A DNA stretch of 64,000 nt from Gracilinanus agilis. Taxonomy: Eukaryota. Position numbers and translations under genes: made by a program. Under the pieces are notes generated by a model. The model worked only from the letters and a program-made list of their open reading frames with translations. It was not told where the DNA came from and searched no databases. The DNA lies in assembly GCF_016433145.1 (NCBI RefSeq), contig NC_058135.1, forward strand, positions 167,403,055 to 167,467,054. The letters run 5' to 3'. Below, in pieces: positions 52,531 to 63,778 of the stretch. Every line of letters starts with the position of its first letter. Within the stretch, counting starts at the first letter, position 1.

Positions 52531-53176
52531 TGTGTTATGGAATAAAAGGGGAATAGATGAAGGGCAACTAATCAATGAGGCTTGTACTTGAGGGCACTGG
52601 GTTGCATCAGCTGGGTCTCTTGGGGAAGGAAGGCTATCTCTTAATACAGAGCAATTTAGGTCAGTCAGAAATTGTGAGAAGCCTGGCTGAAGGTTTTATT
52701 CAGCCTCTTTCTGTTATCCTAAGTTCCCCTGAGGGGAGGAGTAAAGAGCCCCTCCCTTCTGGAGAACAAATCCCAGCATATAGGAAGAGGAAGCTAATTC
52801 CACTTCCTGCCCAGGATGGATGCCTGGTTTAACCCTCAAGAAATAAAGAAAATTATTCTTCCCTCTTCAGCCTTTGCCCTACTAGGCCAGCTCCCTCAGT
52901 CAGGGATGATTTCACTGGCCTGAGGTGATAAGGTTCAGCAGATTATTAGATGAAGTGATGGTTTGATTTTAGATTGCTCCTGCCTGCCTATTAGAAGCTA
53001 ATTCCCACAATTTCCACCCACCAAAATACCCTCCTCCCAGGGCCCAGTGGGGAAATCCAGGGAATAGCAGTATATCAAGGGAGAGGTCAGGGGAAATTAG
53101 GCAAAGTCCCAAAAGCCCCAAAGCAAAAGGCCCCTTAGTTGGTTCTGTAGGAATATTTATACTCCCAAGGTCCAAC
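52531..53176 (-). mobile_element. Solo ERV LTR related to 14310-15457 (shorter)
   Basis: Same TGTTATG terminus; shared blocks cttcctg..aggatggatgcctg..ccctcaagaaataaa and cctcccagggccc..cagggaa(a)tagcag. Confidence 0.72.
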
Positions 53177-53905
53177 GGTTTACCGTGAGACTCGGGTCAA
53201 CATTCCGTTCTTTCCAACTGTCAGGGTTGCTACAGTTGGTTTGCAAAAACAAGAGCTTTTGCTGCAACCCTGCATCACACCTGTTGACTTGAAATTTTCT
53301 TCCACAGATGCAAGTCCCAATTTATCTGTGCCTGTCCACTCTGTTCCAGTGTAGGGAATGAAAACTGCTAACACCTGAAAGAACCTTAGGGTCCTTTGGA
53401 GATTTAAACTGGCCATTTTAGAGGGTTGTATGGAGTGTTCTAGGAGGACTAGCATCTCTAGGGGGAGGGCTTGCTGAGCACTTTTCAGGGCTCCTCATCC
53501 TTTGGTGTCCACTTTTCACCCAACACTCACCTGTAGTTCCAAGAAGCTGTACATTGAGCATCAGTCACACCCTTGTAAAACTGTCTCGGCAGAGGGGCTA
53601 AACCAGGTTGGAGGTAATCAATAAGCTTCAAAACCATTGGTGAGTTAATGGGATGTCTGTTCCAAGCACATGAAGACTTCTCCAGTGGAATAGGCAGATG
53701 AGAACAATTTGTTCCAATGGTTAGAGTTTAGCCAGACATCAAAGACATCCAGGTTATCCACTGCATCCTGGGGCATCTCCAGTGATCCTGACTCTGACAG
53801 AGAGAGTATGGGGCCGACTTTGGGCAACTCTGCCTCAATGAAATCCAATTCGTGTGCAAGTCAAGACATCATCCTGTGATGTCATTGGCCTTCTAAAAAT
53901 GAAGA
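53177..53905 (-). mobile_element. 5' end of a marsupial RTE LINE (5'UTR plus ORF start)
   Basis: Minus strand tgtttgttcttcatttttagaaggccaatgacatcacaggatgatgtcttgacttgc...ggaacaaattgttctcatctgcc resembles the RTE_Mars/WALLSI4-type 5' end; ends at LTVGKNG (LTVGTxN, start of EN). Confidence 0.7.
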
Positions 53906-54007
53906 ACAAACACCAACACCAAACTGGCCATGGAAATCTTGAGTGGTACTCATTGCAACGTGCACTACTAGAGCCTGCTTTTGTATTTCTGCTTGTGACT
54001 ATATCTT

Positions 54008-54197
54008 ATTTATTTATTTATTTTTTTAAACCCTTAACTTCTGTGTATTGTCTCAGGTGGAAGATTGGTAAGGGTGGGCAATGGGGGTCAAGTGACTTGC
54101 CCAGGGTCACACAGCTGGGAAGTGTCTGAGGCTGGATTTGAACCTAGGACCTCTCATCTCTAGGCCTGACTCAATCCACTGAGCTACCCAGCTGCCC
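54008..54197 (-). mobile_element. Young opossum SINE-1 (short tail)
   Basis: Full head-CORE-tail; perfect TSD ttgtgactatatctt (53993-54007 and 54198-54212). Confidence 0.93.
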
Positions 54198-55213
54198 TTG
54201 TGACTATATCTTTCATGTCTTTGCTCCCTGGTTCTGGTTCTGATCCCTTTCTCTGGATCTTTCTCTGGTTCTCCACTAAAAAAAATTTCTGAATTTGATG
54301 GTCTCTAGAAAGACTTTGTCTTTATTTGATCAAATGATACTTTTGAGGGCTGTGATACCTTTGGCTCAACTCGGGTTTTCAACAGAAGAAACTCCTTTAT
54401 GAATGTCTCAATGAGGAATGTAGCCTGATGAGTAGATGTGTTTGCTAAAAGTTTTGACAGAGATGAACATTTATTTATATTATGTATTTCATAACACTTA
54501 TTATACAAAACAAAGTAGGAAAATATTTTATTTAAGAAACTTTTTTTTCCTAAAAAACTTTTAAAATTAGGAAGCATAAAGAAGAGTGTACAAAACAAAT
54601 CTGGAAGAAATAAAATTCAACAAAAGCATTTGGCATTGCAGCAGCCAGAATATTTAACCCATAAATAAAATGGTCATTTCTCTGAGTATAATATCATTTA
54701 TTAATAGGGGTACTCAATCTATTAAAGTCAACGGCCTGTCACCATTTTTGCCAGAGACCTAGAGTAATATATACCTAGATTTATTTTCCTTTTGTTTGGC
54801 CTGATAGTACATCATTTAAGCCTCCCTTAGGAATCTCAACTGTTGGATATTTTAATGAGGAGGCTTAGAGTTCTCATTTCTGCCCCATTATTTCATTGTT
54901 GAGACGGGAAGTGTGCTACTTCTCAGGTAGACAAGTCCCTGCAGGTAGGAAAAATGGCTGATAAGCACTTCTCTGGCACTTAAGAAATAGAAGGTTATCT
55001 GGTTTATGAAATCCATCTTCCTCTAGCAAACTTTGGTTAGAAGAACATAAAGTAAATCAGGTTTTCACTGGCTAAATTTCCTTTATCATAGACCAGGTCA
55101 CCCCAAATCTTGATGAGGGGAATAACAGGAACAAAGTAGGGCATGTGCTGGGGAAGGCTTTGCTTGGGCTGGTTTTTATTTATAGGATAAACAAAAAGTA
55201 AAGGTCCCTTGGG

Positions 55214-55407
55214 GGGGGGGGTGGGCAGCTGGGTAGCTCAGTGGATTGAGAGTCAGGCCTAGAGATGGGAAATCCTGGGTTCAAATCTGGCCTCAGACAC
55301 TTCCCAGCTGTGTGACCCTGGACAAGTCACTTGATCCCCATTGCCTACCCTTACCACTCTTCCACCTAGGAGCCAATACACAGAAGTTAAGGGTTTAAAA
55401 AAAAAAA
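55214..55407 (+). mobile_element. Young opossum SINE-1 (short tail)
   Basis: gggcagctgggtagctcagtggattgagag...ccaatacacagaagttaagggtttaaaa; perfect TSD aaggtcccttggg (55201-55213 and 55408-55420). Confidence 0.95.
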
Positions 55408-56389
55408 AAGGTCCCTTGGGTGGTGGGGAAAGATAAGAGGTTCTTCACTAGGTAGGCGGTCCTCTGAGCTGAGCCCAGAAGGAAGACAAAAATTCAGACA
55501 GAGATGGGAACTATATTAAATTGATCTCTAGTTGCCCTTCTTTATGCAAAAAAGTTCCATGTATTTAGGCCACTTCTAGATACATTTCAGATCATTTGAA
55601 AACAAAACAGAAGTTAATGTAGTCCCTTTGCTGTACATACCACATTTAAATATATCCACGGAAATTTGGGGATTTTGTTAACTGAATTTTCATTGTGACT
55701 GGTCAGAGTTTTATTTAGAATCCTATACCATATGAATCTGTTGACCTTCACTAGCTGGAAGCAGCTGCTTTTCTATTTTGATTTCTAGATAATGTTTTGC
55801 AAACGTCAAACATACATAGTAGCATTTTTTCCATAGACCAATATTAAACTTTTTATTTTGGTTTCCTTTATTTTTAAAGTTATGTGAGATTGTTTAGCCA
55901 AGTGATGTCCAATTAGAAACATTGCATGTATGCATTTTTAGAATAAAATTCCACTGGGGAGCTGCAATAGATGGATCAATATTACATGAATTTATTTTTA
56001 GTGGTTTATTGAACTGCAGAATACTAGATTCTAAAAACAAAGTCTGTTTTCAATTTTTAAAGCTTCTGAGTAAAATCTATATTGAACTAAAAACTCTAAA
56101 AAGTACTTCTTTCTAAAGATCAAACTAGTATTGTAAGGCTTAAGAACAATTGAAATATTTTAGAGGAACAGGCTATTTTGTTTTTATTTGATTGATGCCT
56201 TGAGAAAATCTGACTTATTTGACAGTCAATAGCATTTCTTAGGCCATAGAATGAGGATCTAATTTTTAAATTTTAGTTAGCACACTACTTGGAATTTGTA
56301 TTACTTTTGGGAGGTTATCATTTTATTTTTTATTTTTCATATGAATGCTGTTATCTTACACATTGCATAGCTGTGATCCATTGAATTGC

Positions 56390-57290
56390 GGAATCTCAGC
56401 TTTGGAAGGGATCTTTATTTTAGTCTAATGTTTACTTGAATCTGAATCCTCTATACCTGGGAAGTTGTCATCTTATTTTTGTGTAAAGACTTCCAAAGTT
56501 TTGGGACCCACGTCTTCCTAAGACTTTTTCAATTTAGGGGTAGCGCCAATTTTTAGGATATCTTTCCTCTTTAACACTCCTCCTTACTCTCCCAGTTCTT
56601 TCTTTCTGAGTCTAATCAGAATAGACTTTGAAGTCTTTCAGGCATATGAAGATTATTATGTATGTACCTTCTAAGTATATTCTTTTTGAGGCTAAACTTT
56701 CTTAATTTCTTCCACTAATTCTCAAATGGCTTGAATTCAAAAGGTTGTCTTCTAGATACCTTCAAATTCTTCATTATGCCTTTTAAAATGTGGCATTAAA
56801 AATGTGGCATTCAGAACTGGGCACAATGCTCGAGAGATGGTCTGACCAGGGTAGGGTACAATAGGGCTATTACTTCCAAGGTCAGGGTTACTATGCTTTT
56901 TTTTTTTTTACTGCAGTATAAAATTAATTACATTAATTTTCTTGGCTACCATACCACATTGTTGACTCTTTTAAAGCTTGTAGTCTACTAATCCACAGAT
57001 CATTTTCACATGACCTGCTAGTAGCCATGCTTCCTCAAGCTTGTACTTTTACAGCATATTTTTAAAACCAAGTATAGGACTTTACATTGGGTCATCTTTA
57101 ATATCCCATTTGGCCAATTTTCTGTTAAGATCTTTTGTATCATGACATTGCCAGCCACTGTATTAGCTATCCCTCCTACTTAGCTATCCAGGAGTCATAT
57201 GAAAATTCCCTAGTTGTTAATCAGAAAGCAAAGAGCCAAGGAGAAATCTGGAGAACTCCTTCCATGGTAATGTTGAACCATTAATGTTCA
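56390..57290 (-). mobile_element. L3/CR1 3' portion
   Basis: aaaatgtggcattcagaactgggcacaatgctcgagagatggtctgaccagg...gctaccataccacattgttgactc...aagcttgtagtc are antisense CR1 RT motifs. Confidence 0.7.
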
Positions 57291-57339
57291 CCCTCAGATC
57301 TGTCCGGAGGAGTGGGCACCTCCCGTGTTCTACTACATT

Positions 57340-57595
57340 TCTTGTTGTTCACTTGTTTCTTTCATGTCTGACTCCTTGTGACCCCGTTTGAGGTCTTCTT
57401 GGCAAAGATGTTAGAGTGGTTTGCCATTTCCTTCTCCAGCTCATTTTACAGATGAGGAAACTGAGGCAAACAGGGTGAAGTGACTTGCCCATGATCATAC
57501 AACTAGAGTGTGTCTGAGGCCAGATTAGAATTTGGGGTGATGAGTCTTCCTCACTTCAGACCCAGCACTTTATCCATTGTCCTACCTAGCTGCCA
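57340..57595 (-). mobile_element. MAR1-like SINE
   Basis: gtctgactccttgtgaccccgtttgaggtcttcttggcaaagat...gagtggtttgccatttccttctccagctcattttacagatgaggaaactgaggc. Confidence 0.9.
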
Positions 57596-58004
57596 TTCTG
57601 CTATATTTAGGGATCCCCCACTATGCTTCGATTTATATAATCCAGCCATCTCACCAGGACTAATTTTCCCTCCAGTCTTCCCTCTGCACCCCAACTCATT
57701 TTCTAGCTCTAGAACCTTACTAAAATCAATAATGCCATCACTAACAGAAGGTGCTTCAATCTACTCCTCTATGGCTCCACTTATCATCTCTTTCCAGCTT
57801 TTTAAACTGAAAACTCTTCCTTGGCTACCATTCCCTTATATGTATTATATTAGAATATAAAGGGACCATCTCTACTTTTGTATTTGTGTCTCTGGTGCTC
57901 AGTGCAATGCCTGACACGTGGTAAGCTTTAAAGATGATTATTTTACTCATTCATACCCATTTGGATCTATTATCTCATCAACATAGGAATTGCCATTTTT
58001 TTTC

Positions 58005-58165
58005 TCTTAAACTCTTACTTTCTAGAATCAATACTAAGCATCATTTCCAAGACAGAAAAGCCATGAGGGCTAGGCAGTGGGGGGTTGAGTAACTTGCCCA
58101 GGGTCACCCAGCTAAGAAATGTCTAAGGCTGGTCTCCAACCCTGGCTCTCTATCCACTGAGGCTT
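58005..58165 (-). mobile_element. Opossum SINE-1 (internally shortened)
   Basis: ttaaactcttactttctagaatcaatactaag...gggctaggcagtgggggttgagtaacttgcccagggtcac...ctctatccactgag. Confidence 0.8.
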
Positions 58166-58436
58166 ATGGAATTTCTCTTGACCAAGTGATAATCATTGCA
58201 CCATGCTGTATCCCCCCAACCCCCACAAGAAACAAAACAAAAAAGGGAACAAGACATAGATTTTTGGACATAGCTAGCATGAGAATTTAATTCTCTTGGA
58301 TCAGTATATTTGTTATAATTTCATATTTATTATAAATATGTATTACGTTATTGCTATGTTATATATTATGTTTTATGTACATATAAATAAAAATAAATAT
58401 CTATGCTTTCACACACAAAAATATGAAACACAATGA

Positions 58437-58688
<252 letters not shown>

Positions 58689-58869
58689 TAACTCTGTTTT
58701 GAAATGGAAAGATATCAAGAATGTGCCCTGTCTTGCTAAAACAAGGAAGATGTGAGGATGGAGCAGAGAAATATCTGGATTTAATGTCTGTGTTCCAAAT
58801 TATGAGCAGTTATTGGAGAGATGGGCAGGAGGCAAAATGCTGACACAGGGCCAACAGTAATTGCAAGTA

Positions 58870-59927
58870 CAGTGGTGCCTTGATACACGAGCATCTTAAA
58901 TCACGAGCAATTTGAGATAGGAGCAGTCATGATTGGGATTTTTTTGCCTTAAGTCATGAGCAGATATTTGAATCATGAGCTTCTGCCACCCTCCGCTAAA
59001 CAGTCTACCCAATGTTCGGTTCACAAGTTACACGAGGCTGTCTTGTTTAGTTCAGTGTTTATCTGGCCCTGCGAGCATCTATATTGAATTGCTTTTGCTT
59101 TTTTCTTTATTTTTGTCTTTATTATCATTTTGGAGCAAATTTCTTAACTTTTAACCAATTATAGCAGCAGCAGCAGGATATGGAGATTTTGCAGGAAATT
59201 AGTGGGGAGGAGTGCAAGGTAGGTGAGGTAATAAGTACAAGAGAGATTAAGGAAATGTTGAGGATTGGGGAAAAAATTAAACAGTCTATTGAAAAGACAC
59301 ACCCAGGAAAAGTTGCAGCAGGTTGTACATTGGGGATATGTGACGGCACTTGTTTCACAAATTATCAAAAGGTTCTGAAAGGGAGGAAGAAACAAATTTC
59401 CATGGAAAGTTGTTTTTTTTTTTTTAAACAATCTCTAAGTGAAATCGAGGAAAATGTGGCAAAACAGCCAAAATTCAATGAAGAAAATAAGTAAATAAAG
59501 TAAAAAAAATAGCAATTAAGTTTAGCAATAAAGTAATGTATCATAAGTAATGTATAAGGTCAATTCTGCATTTAAATGTAGCTTTATGTATACAGAGTGT
59601 GAATTATGTTAAGTGGTAGTATATGAAATGAAAACCTCCTCCACTAGCATCTTCGTCTGACCTTGAAGGTAAACAACATTTCATAAGCAAGTTTATTTCT
59701 TTACATTCTTTTTTATTACCTAAAAATATATTTATTTGATATTTATAAAGTCCTTTTTCGTATTTAAAAGCATATGAAACAAAAAATTCGTGTAGTTTCT
59801 TGGGGCTAGAATAGATTAACTGCATTTCCATTCATTTAAGTGGGGAAATTCAATTTGACCCATGAGCAAATTGAGCTACCAGTGTTGGCCATGGAATGAA
59901 TGAAACTCCTGTGTCAAGGTACCTCTG
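58870..59927 (+). mobile_element. Tigger (pogo-like) non-autonomous DNA transposon, 1058 bp
   Basis: TIRs cagtggtgccttgatacacgag / ctcctgtgtcaaggtacctctg; TA at 58868-58869 and 59928-59929; ORF 59180-59494 (EIKEML..EK..EKTHPGK...KGRKKQISMESCFF) resembles a Tigger transposase C-terminus. Confidence 0.85.
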
Positions 59928-61737
59928 TATAGAGGCTCTTTCCCTTAGTTCTTGTTCCCAATATTCCAGTCTTTTATGACACCAGTTCTCCTCTTCAATT
60001 ACTACGGGAATTTCCTCTTGTTAGGTTTTTTTGACATGTCACTCTAAGATAACTTTTTTTTTTTTTTAAAAACATAGGAAATAGTTTCATCTCTGGCTGG
60101 AAGGAGTATTCCTTTTGAAACAACACTAGCTCCATGCTAGTAGCTTAGGCAAAGAGTATCTTATTGTGACCTGCCTTCATATTTGGTGAGGACCCTCCTT
60201 TTCATTTGCAAATTTCTAATTCCCAAAATTAGTGAGATTACAATTTTGGAATTATAATCTTGAAGGGTTTGTGGCCTGTAGTGTGACTCCTTATTGAAAC
60301 AGGATTGCAAAGGCTATTGCTTCCAAAGAAGCTTCCCTGGGGAATTTGGGCACAAGCAGTAATGTTTTTTGAGATGATCTACTATAACAGAAGAGTGGAG
60401 AAAATAGTGATAAACGTATTCTGAGAGATAAGAAGTTAGGACCAAGAAGAGGGAAAATCTGTGTACATTAAACAAGTCATTTGGGGAAAAGAAAGTGTCC
60501 TCAGTGCTCTCTGACTTTGTTTTTACATCTGATGACAGTAATTCAATTATTTTTGACCACTTGTACAGACAGAGGTCAGCCAGTGAGAAAGTCACGTCTT
60601 TCTAAATCTCTTGCTAGCAAAGCTCTGATTGCCCCGTCTTCCCTCCAGCCTAGTTCTAGCTCTGAGTGTGGCTCATTCTGGGCTTTAGTATTTATGGCAC
60701 TATTCTTAATGGATCACATCACATTTTTATATTGATAATTTTGCCCTTTCTGTTCCATATTCTGTGTGTCTCTTAAAATTTCAATTGGTAATGTCCTCGG
60801 GTATGCACAATAACCTCTTTCAGGATTCTGTTAGCAAATTTTTAAGAAATGCTCTCTGGAGGAAAAAATGTACTTGCAACACACTTAAGATTAATCTGCA
60901 TTATTAATAATTTTTCAATCACTTTAAATCTGGACAATCAGCAAAACCACAAATTAAACCTTGATTTGAAGGGTTTGCTTTTTTCTGAGGTGTAAATGCT
61001 CATACTGAAAATTTAACAACTAGATGTCGGCCACCCGATCCAATGTACTCTGAATTTTCTTAGACAATAATTTTCCTCCCTATTGTGTTCTTGGTATTTT
61101 GTTCTGGAGAGCTTCTTATTATTCCTGAGCTGACACCCTCTGAATTTGTTCAATTAACAATCATTTATTAGGCATCTGTCATTATGTGCCAGATACTAGA
61201 AATTCAAAGACAAAGATGAAACAATCAGGGCCCTCAAGTAGTTTATAGTTTCTTGTACAATGAGGAGAATAGAATTTTGGCTCAGGAGATCCCCTCTGTA
61301 CCTTCTGAAATCTACTCTCCCAATCTCTAGGTCACATCTTAGACTATTGTTAACTCTTATTCCCTTTATCAAAAATTTTAAGGTAGAATGGCGCTTTCCC
61401 CTTCCATCCATCTCCCCAGCCCCATACATCAATTTTACCCTGTTGACAATTTTACCCATTTCCAGGACAGAAGTTCTACCTTTTGAAGAAGAAAAGAATT
61501 TTCTTTTATTATTAGCTGCTCTGCTTTTGGCAGAAAACACTCCAGCAGGTGCTTAGATAATTGAAGCCTTCATCACAATTGGAAAAAAAAAATTCAAATT
61601 CAAGAGAGAAAGAGGTGAAATATAAAAGGGTAGTCCGACTGCCAGGGACAGAGAGTGTCCTATCCGAAGGATATACCCCAGGTGCCAAATGGGAGAAATA
61701 TGACAGAATTGTAGTGTAGAAATATGACAGAATTGAT

Positions 61738-62200
61738 TTTTGTGGATCCATTGTTTCATCACTGTGCATAGTCCCTCCCCTGATGTAAACCTTCTAATCC
61801 TTCTATATCTTCTCCTCTTATTCCATTTTTGTCTAGATATTTCCAAAAATTCTTCAGAGAAATTATTCAGTTTCCTGGAGATTTGCTGCTCATTATTTTG
61901 ATATCTTGATGTGCTATTCATACTGTTCTTCTGTTGTCTCTCATTCATGTTTTGTGAAAAACTTCCTTTTCTTTTTGGGTCGTATGTATCCTCGATAATG
62001 GCTTTTATGGGGACATCTTGCACACATACATGTCATCCATTGATGATAGAGGTCTGCTTGTAAAAGCATCTTTCTGTTCCCCTTTTTTTGTGGGCTATTC
62101 CATCATGTTATTCCAATATTTGCAGCAATTTTGTAGAATCAGGAGAATGCCACTTTTAATGAAATGTTGATTTTCAAATGGTTTCAATTTCAATTTCATT
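61738..62200 (-). mobile_element. RTE LINE 3' fragment
   Basis: Motifs ILLILQNCCKYWN (ILPVMLYGCESWN), IIEDTYDPKRK and MRDNRRT (MRDNRWT); tail catcaggggagggactatgcacagtgatgaaacaatggatcc. Confidence 0.6.
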
Positions 62201-62229
62201 TCAAATGATTGAAATTGACTTTCAACAAA

Positions 62230-62494
62230 AGTCCGTTTTGGGGATCTTAAGGTAGACAATATCCAAGAGAGGGATTTACCCTCAACGCACTTACCTACAT
62301 ACCCTTCCTGATATCTTCCTAGAATAAACCCCTTTTTGTTTAAGCCGCAGTCAGATATATCTTTATTGGCCTGGGGCTGGGAGCTACGCCATCTTTGCTT
62401 CCAGCCCTTGAAGAGAACAACCCCGTCGGCTATGTCAGTCAAATCCTAGCCACCCATTACAACTTTCCTTACGGGGTCCCTCTTCCACATAACA
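62230..62494 (+). mobile_element. 5' LTR (R/U5 part) of a class-I ERV; left edge uncertain
   Basis: aataaacccctttttg polyA signal near 62323; ends ...cataaca immediately before gtt-TGG. Confidence 0.7.
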
Positions 62495-62497
62495 GTT

Positions 62498-62523
62498 TGG
62501 TGAGCAACGGGCCAGGATTCGAA
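62498..62523 (+). other. Primer-binding site, tRNA-Arg(ACG)-like
   Basis: TGGTGAGCAACGGGCCAGGATTCGAA versus the recalled complement of the mammalian tRNA-Arg(ACG) 3' end, TGGCGAGCCAGCCAGGAGTCGAA: 3 mismatches plus a 3-nt insertion. Confidence 0.5.
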
Positions 62524-63315
62524 ATTACTCAGTTTTTGAGTAGATTTGGGAGTCTGGAGGGTAGTTTGTGGCCATAGGAAGATCGAGGACTACCTAGAGG
62601 ACGGAAGCCAGTGTGAGAGTAGGCAGCAGCCATTTTTAGTCCACTAGGCTCAATGCTGAATTCTGCCCAGCAACTAAACCAACCTATCAGAAGACTCCAT
62701 CACTTGGGGGTGGTGGTGGGGGCGGTAGGGGGAGGGGTTAACTCTTAAAGGTCTGGTTTTAAAATGCATATTTGGTGGTGCAGAGATTTTCCCATCACAA
62801 CAATGGCACACAAACTATTTGTAACCACTGGAGTGATGACAATTATTTGCCAGTTCATTTACATATGCTATAATTTTGTTTTTATTATAATTCTGGATTA
62901 CGTTTATTTTGTGTTAAATCTATATGATAGTTTTCAATGACTAAAGATAGAAATGGATAGAGTTTTGTCATATATGCCTGTAATTGCAGGGTTAGTTTTT
63001 TTACAACTGCATATATTATGCTCTGAGAAAATGTTTTAGGATGCTGGTTGGGAAAAAGGCTAAGATAACAGACAATTAATTAAAGCTTTTGATTGTGGCA
63101 ATGAGAGGAAATAACACATCTAGGAACAATATTAAAATAAGTGACTGGAGAGTTAGGGAACCTAAAGAACAACAAGAATAAGCAACTAGATACCCCAAAT
63201 CAGGACAGTGCAGTTACAAAGGTTAAGGAAGAAGCTAATGGGGCAACACCACTGCTTCCATTACACGATGTGACTAGCTTACAACTGGACTAAGGCATCA
63301 TTCATATAAAAAACA

Positions 63316-63778
63316 CACAAGCCTTTTACAACTGAGGACTTGGAACATCTTTGAAAATGCATGCCTAAGTTTTTCAAAGAGCCTATGAGGTGTATTAAGG
63401 AGTTCTACCATGCCATTAGATTGTTTGATCCTGCTTTTGAGGATATAGAAATTTTGCTATCAGAGCTGTTTTCTAAAAGGGAAAAGGCCCAGCTGTGTGA
63501 CCCTGGGCAAGTCACTTGACCCCCATTGCCTACCCTTACCATTCTTCTTGCTTGGAGCCAATATGCAGTATTGACTCCAAGATGGAAGGTAAGGGTTTAA
63601 AAAAAAAAAAAGAGAAAAGGACCAATTTTTGAAGAAACTGAAACAACCCAAATTTAGTGTCATGGCAAGAGGAGGGGCATGATTTAGTACTGCCCAATAA
63701 CCAAAACCTGAGATTCCTGGTTAGGGCTAGACATGCACTGATTGAGGCAATGAAAACCTTTGCTAAGCATCCTGATAT
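63316..63778 (+). pseudogene. ERV class-I gag capsid remnant
   Basis: HKPFTTEDLEHL*KCMPKFFKEP...FDPAFEDIEILLSELFSKREKDQFL / SW..NLRFLVRARHALIEAMKTFAKHPD parallels gammaretroviral CA (YxPFSxSDL..PxFSEDP..PTWDDCQQLL..LFTxEER..YRxxLLxGL). It has a stop, a frameshift and a SINE insertion. Confidence 0.75.
63488..63607 (+). mobile_element. 5'-truncated opossum SINE-1 inserted in gag
   Basis: cccagctgtgtgaccctgggcaagtcac...aaggtaagggtttaaaa; TSD aaaagggaaaagg (63475-63487) and aaaagagaaaagg (63608-63620). Removing it restores the gag frame. Confidence 0.92.

Noticed and set aside
53180-53848. Two protein-like ORFs considered as a retrocopy or endogenous viral element (e.g. bornavirus N)
   Set aside because: No motif match to the recalled viral protein. 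The DNA fits an RTE 5'UTR leading into the EN start.
51986-54431. TGATGA box-C motifs at 51986 and 54426
   Set aside because: No box D (CTGA) with a terminal stem at a suitable distance.
61621-61735. TATAAAAG box and an 18-bp direct repeat (61694-61711 and 61718-61735)
   Set aside because: Isolated motif with no supporting promoter context. The repeat abuts an RTE tail and is probably slippage at the insertion.
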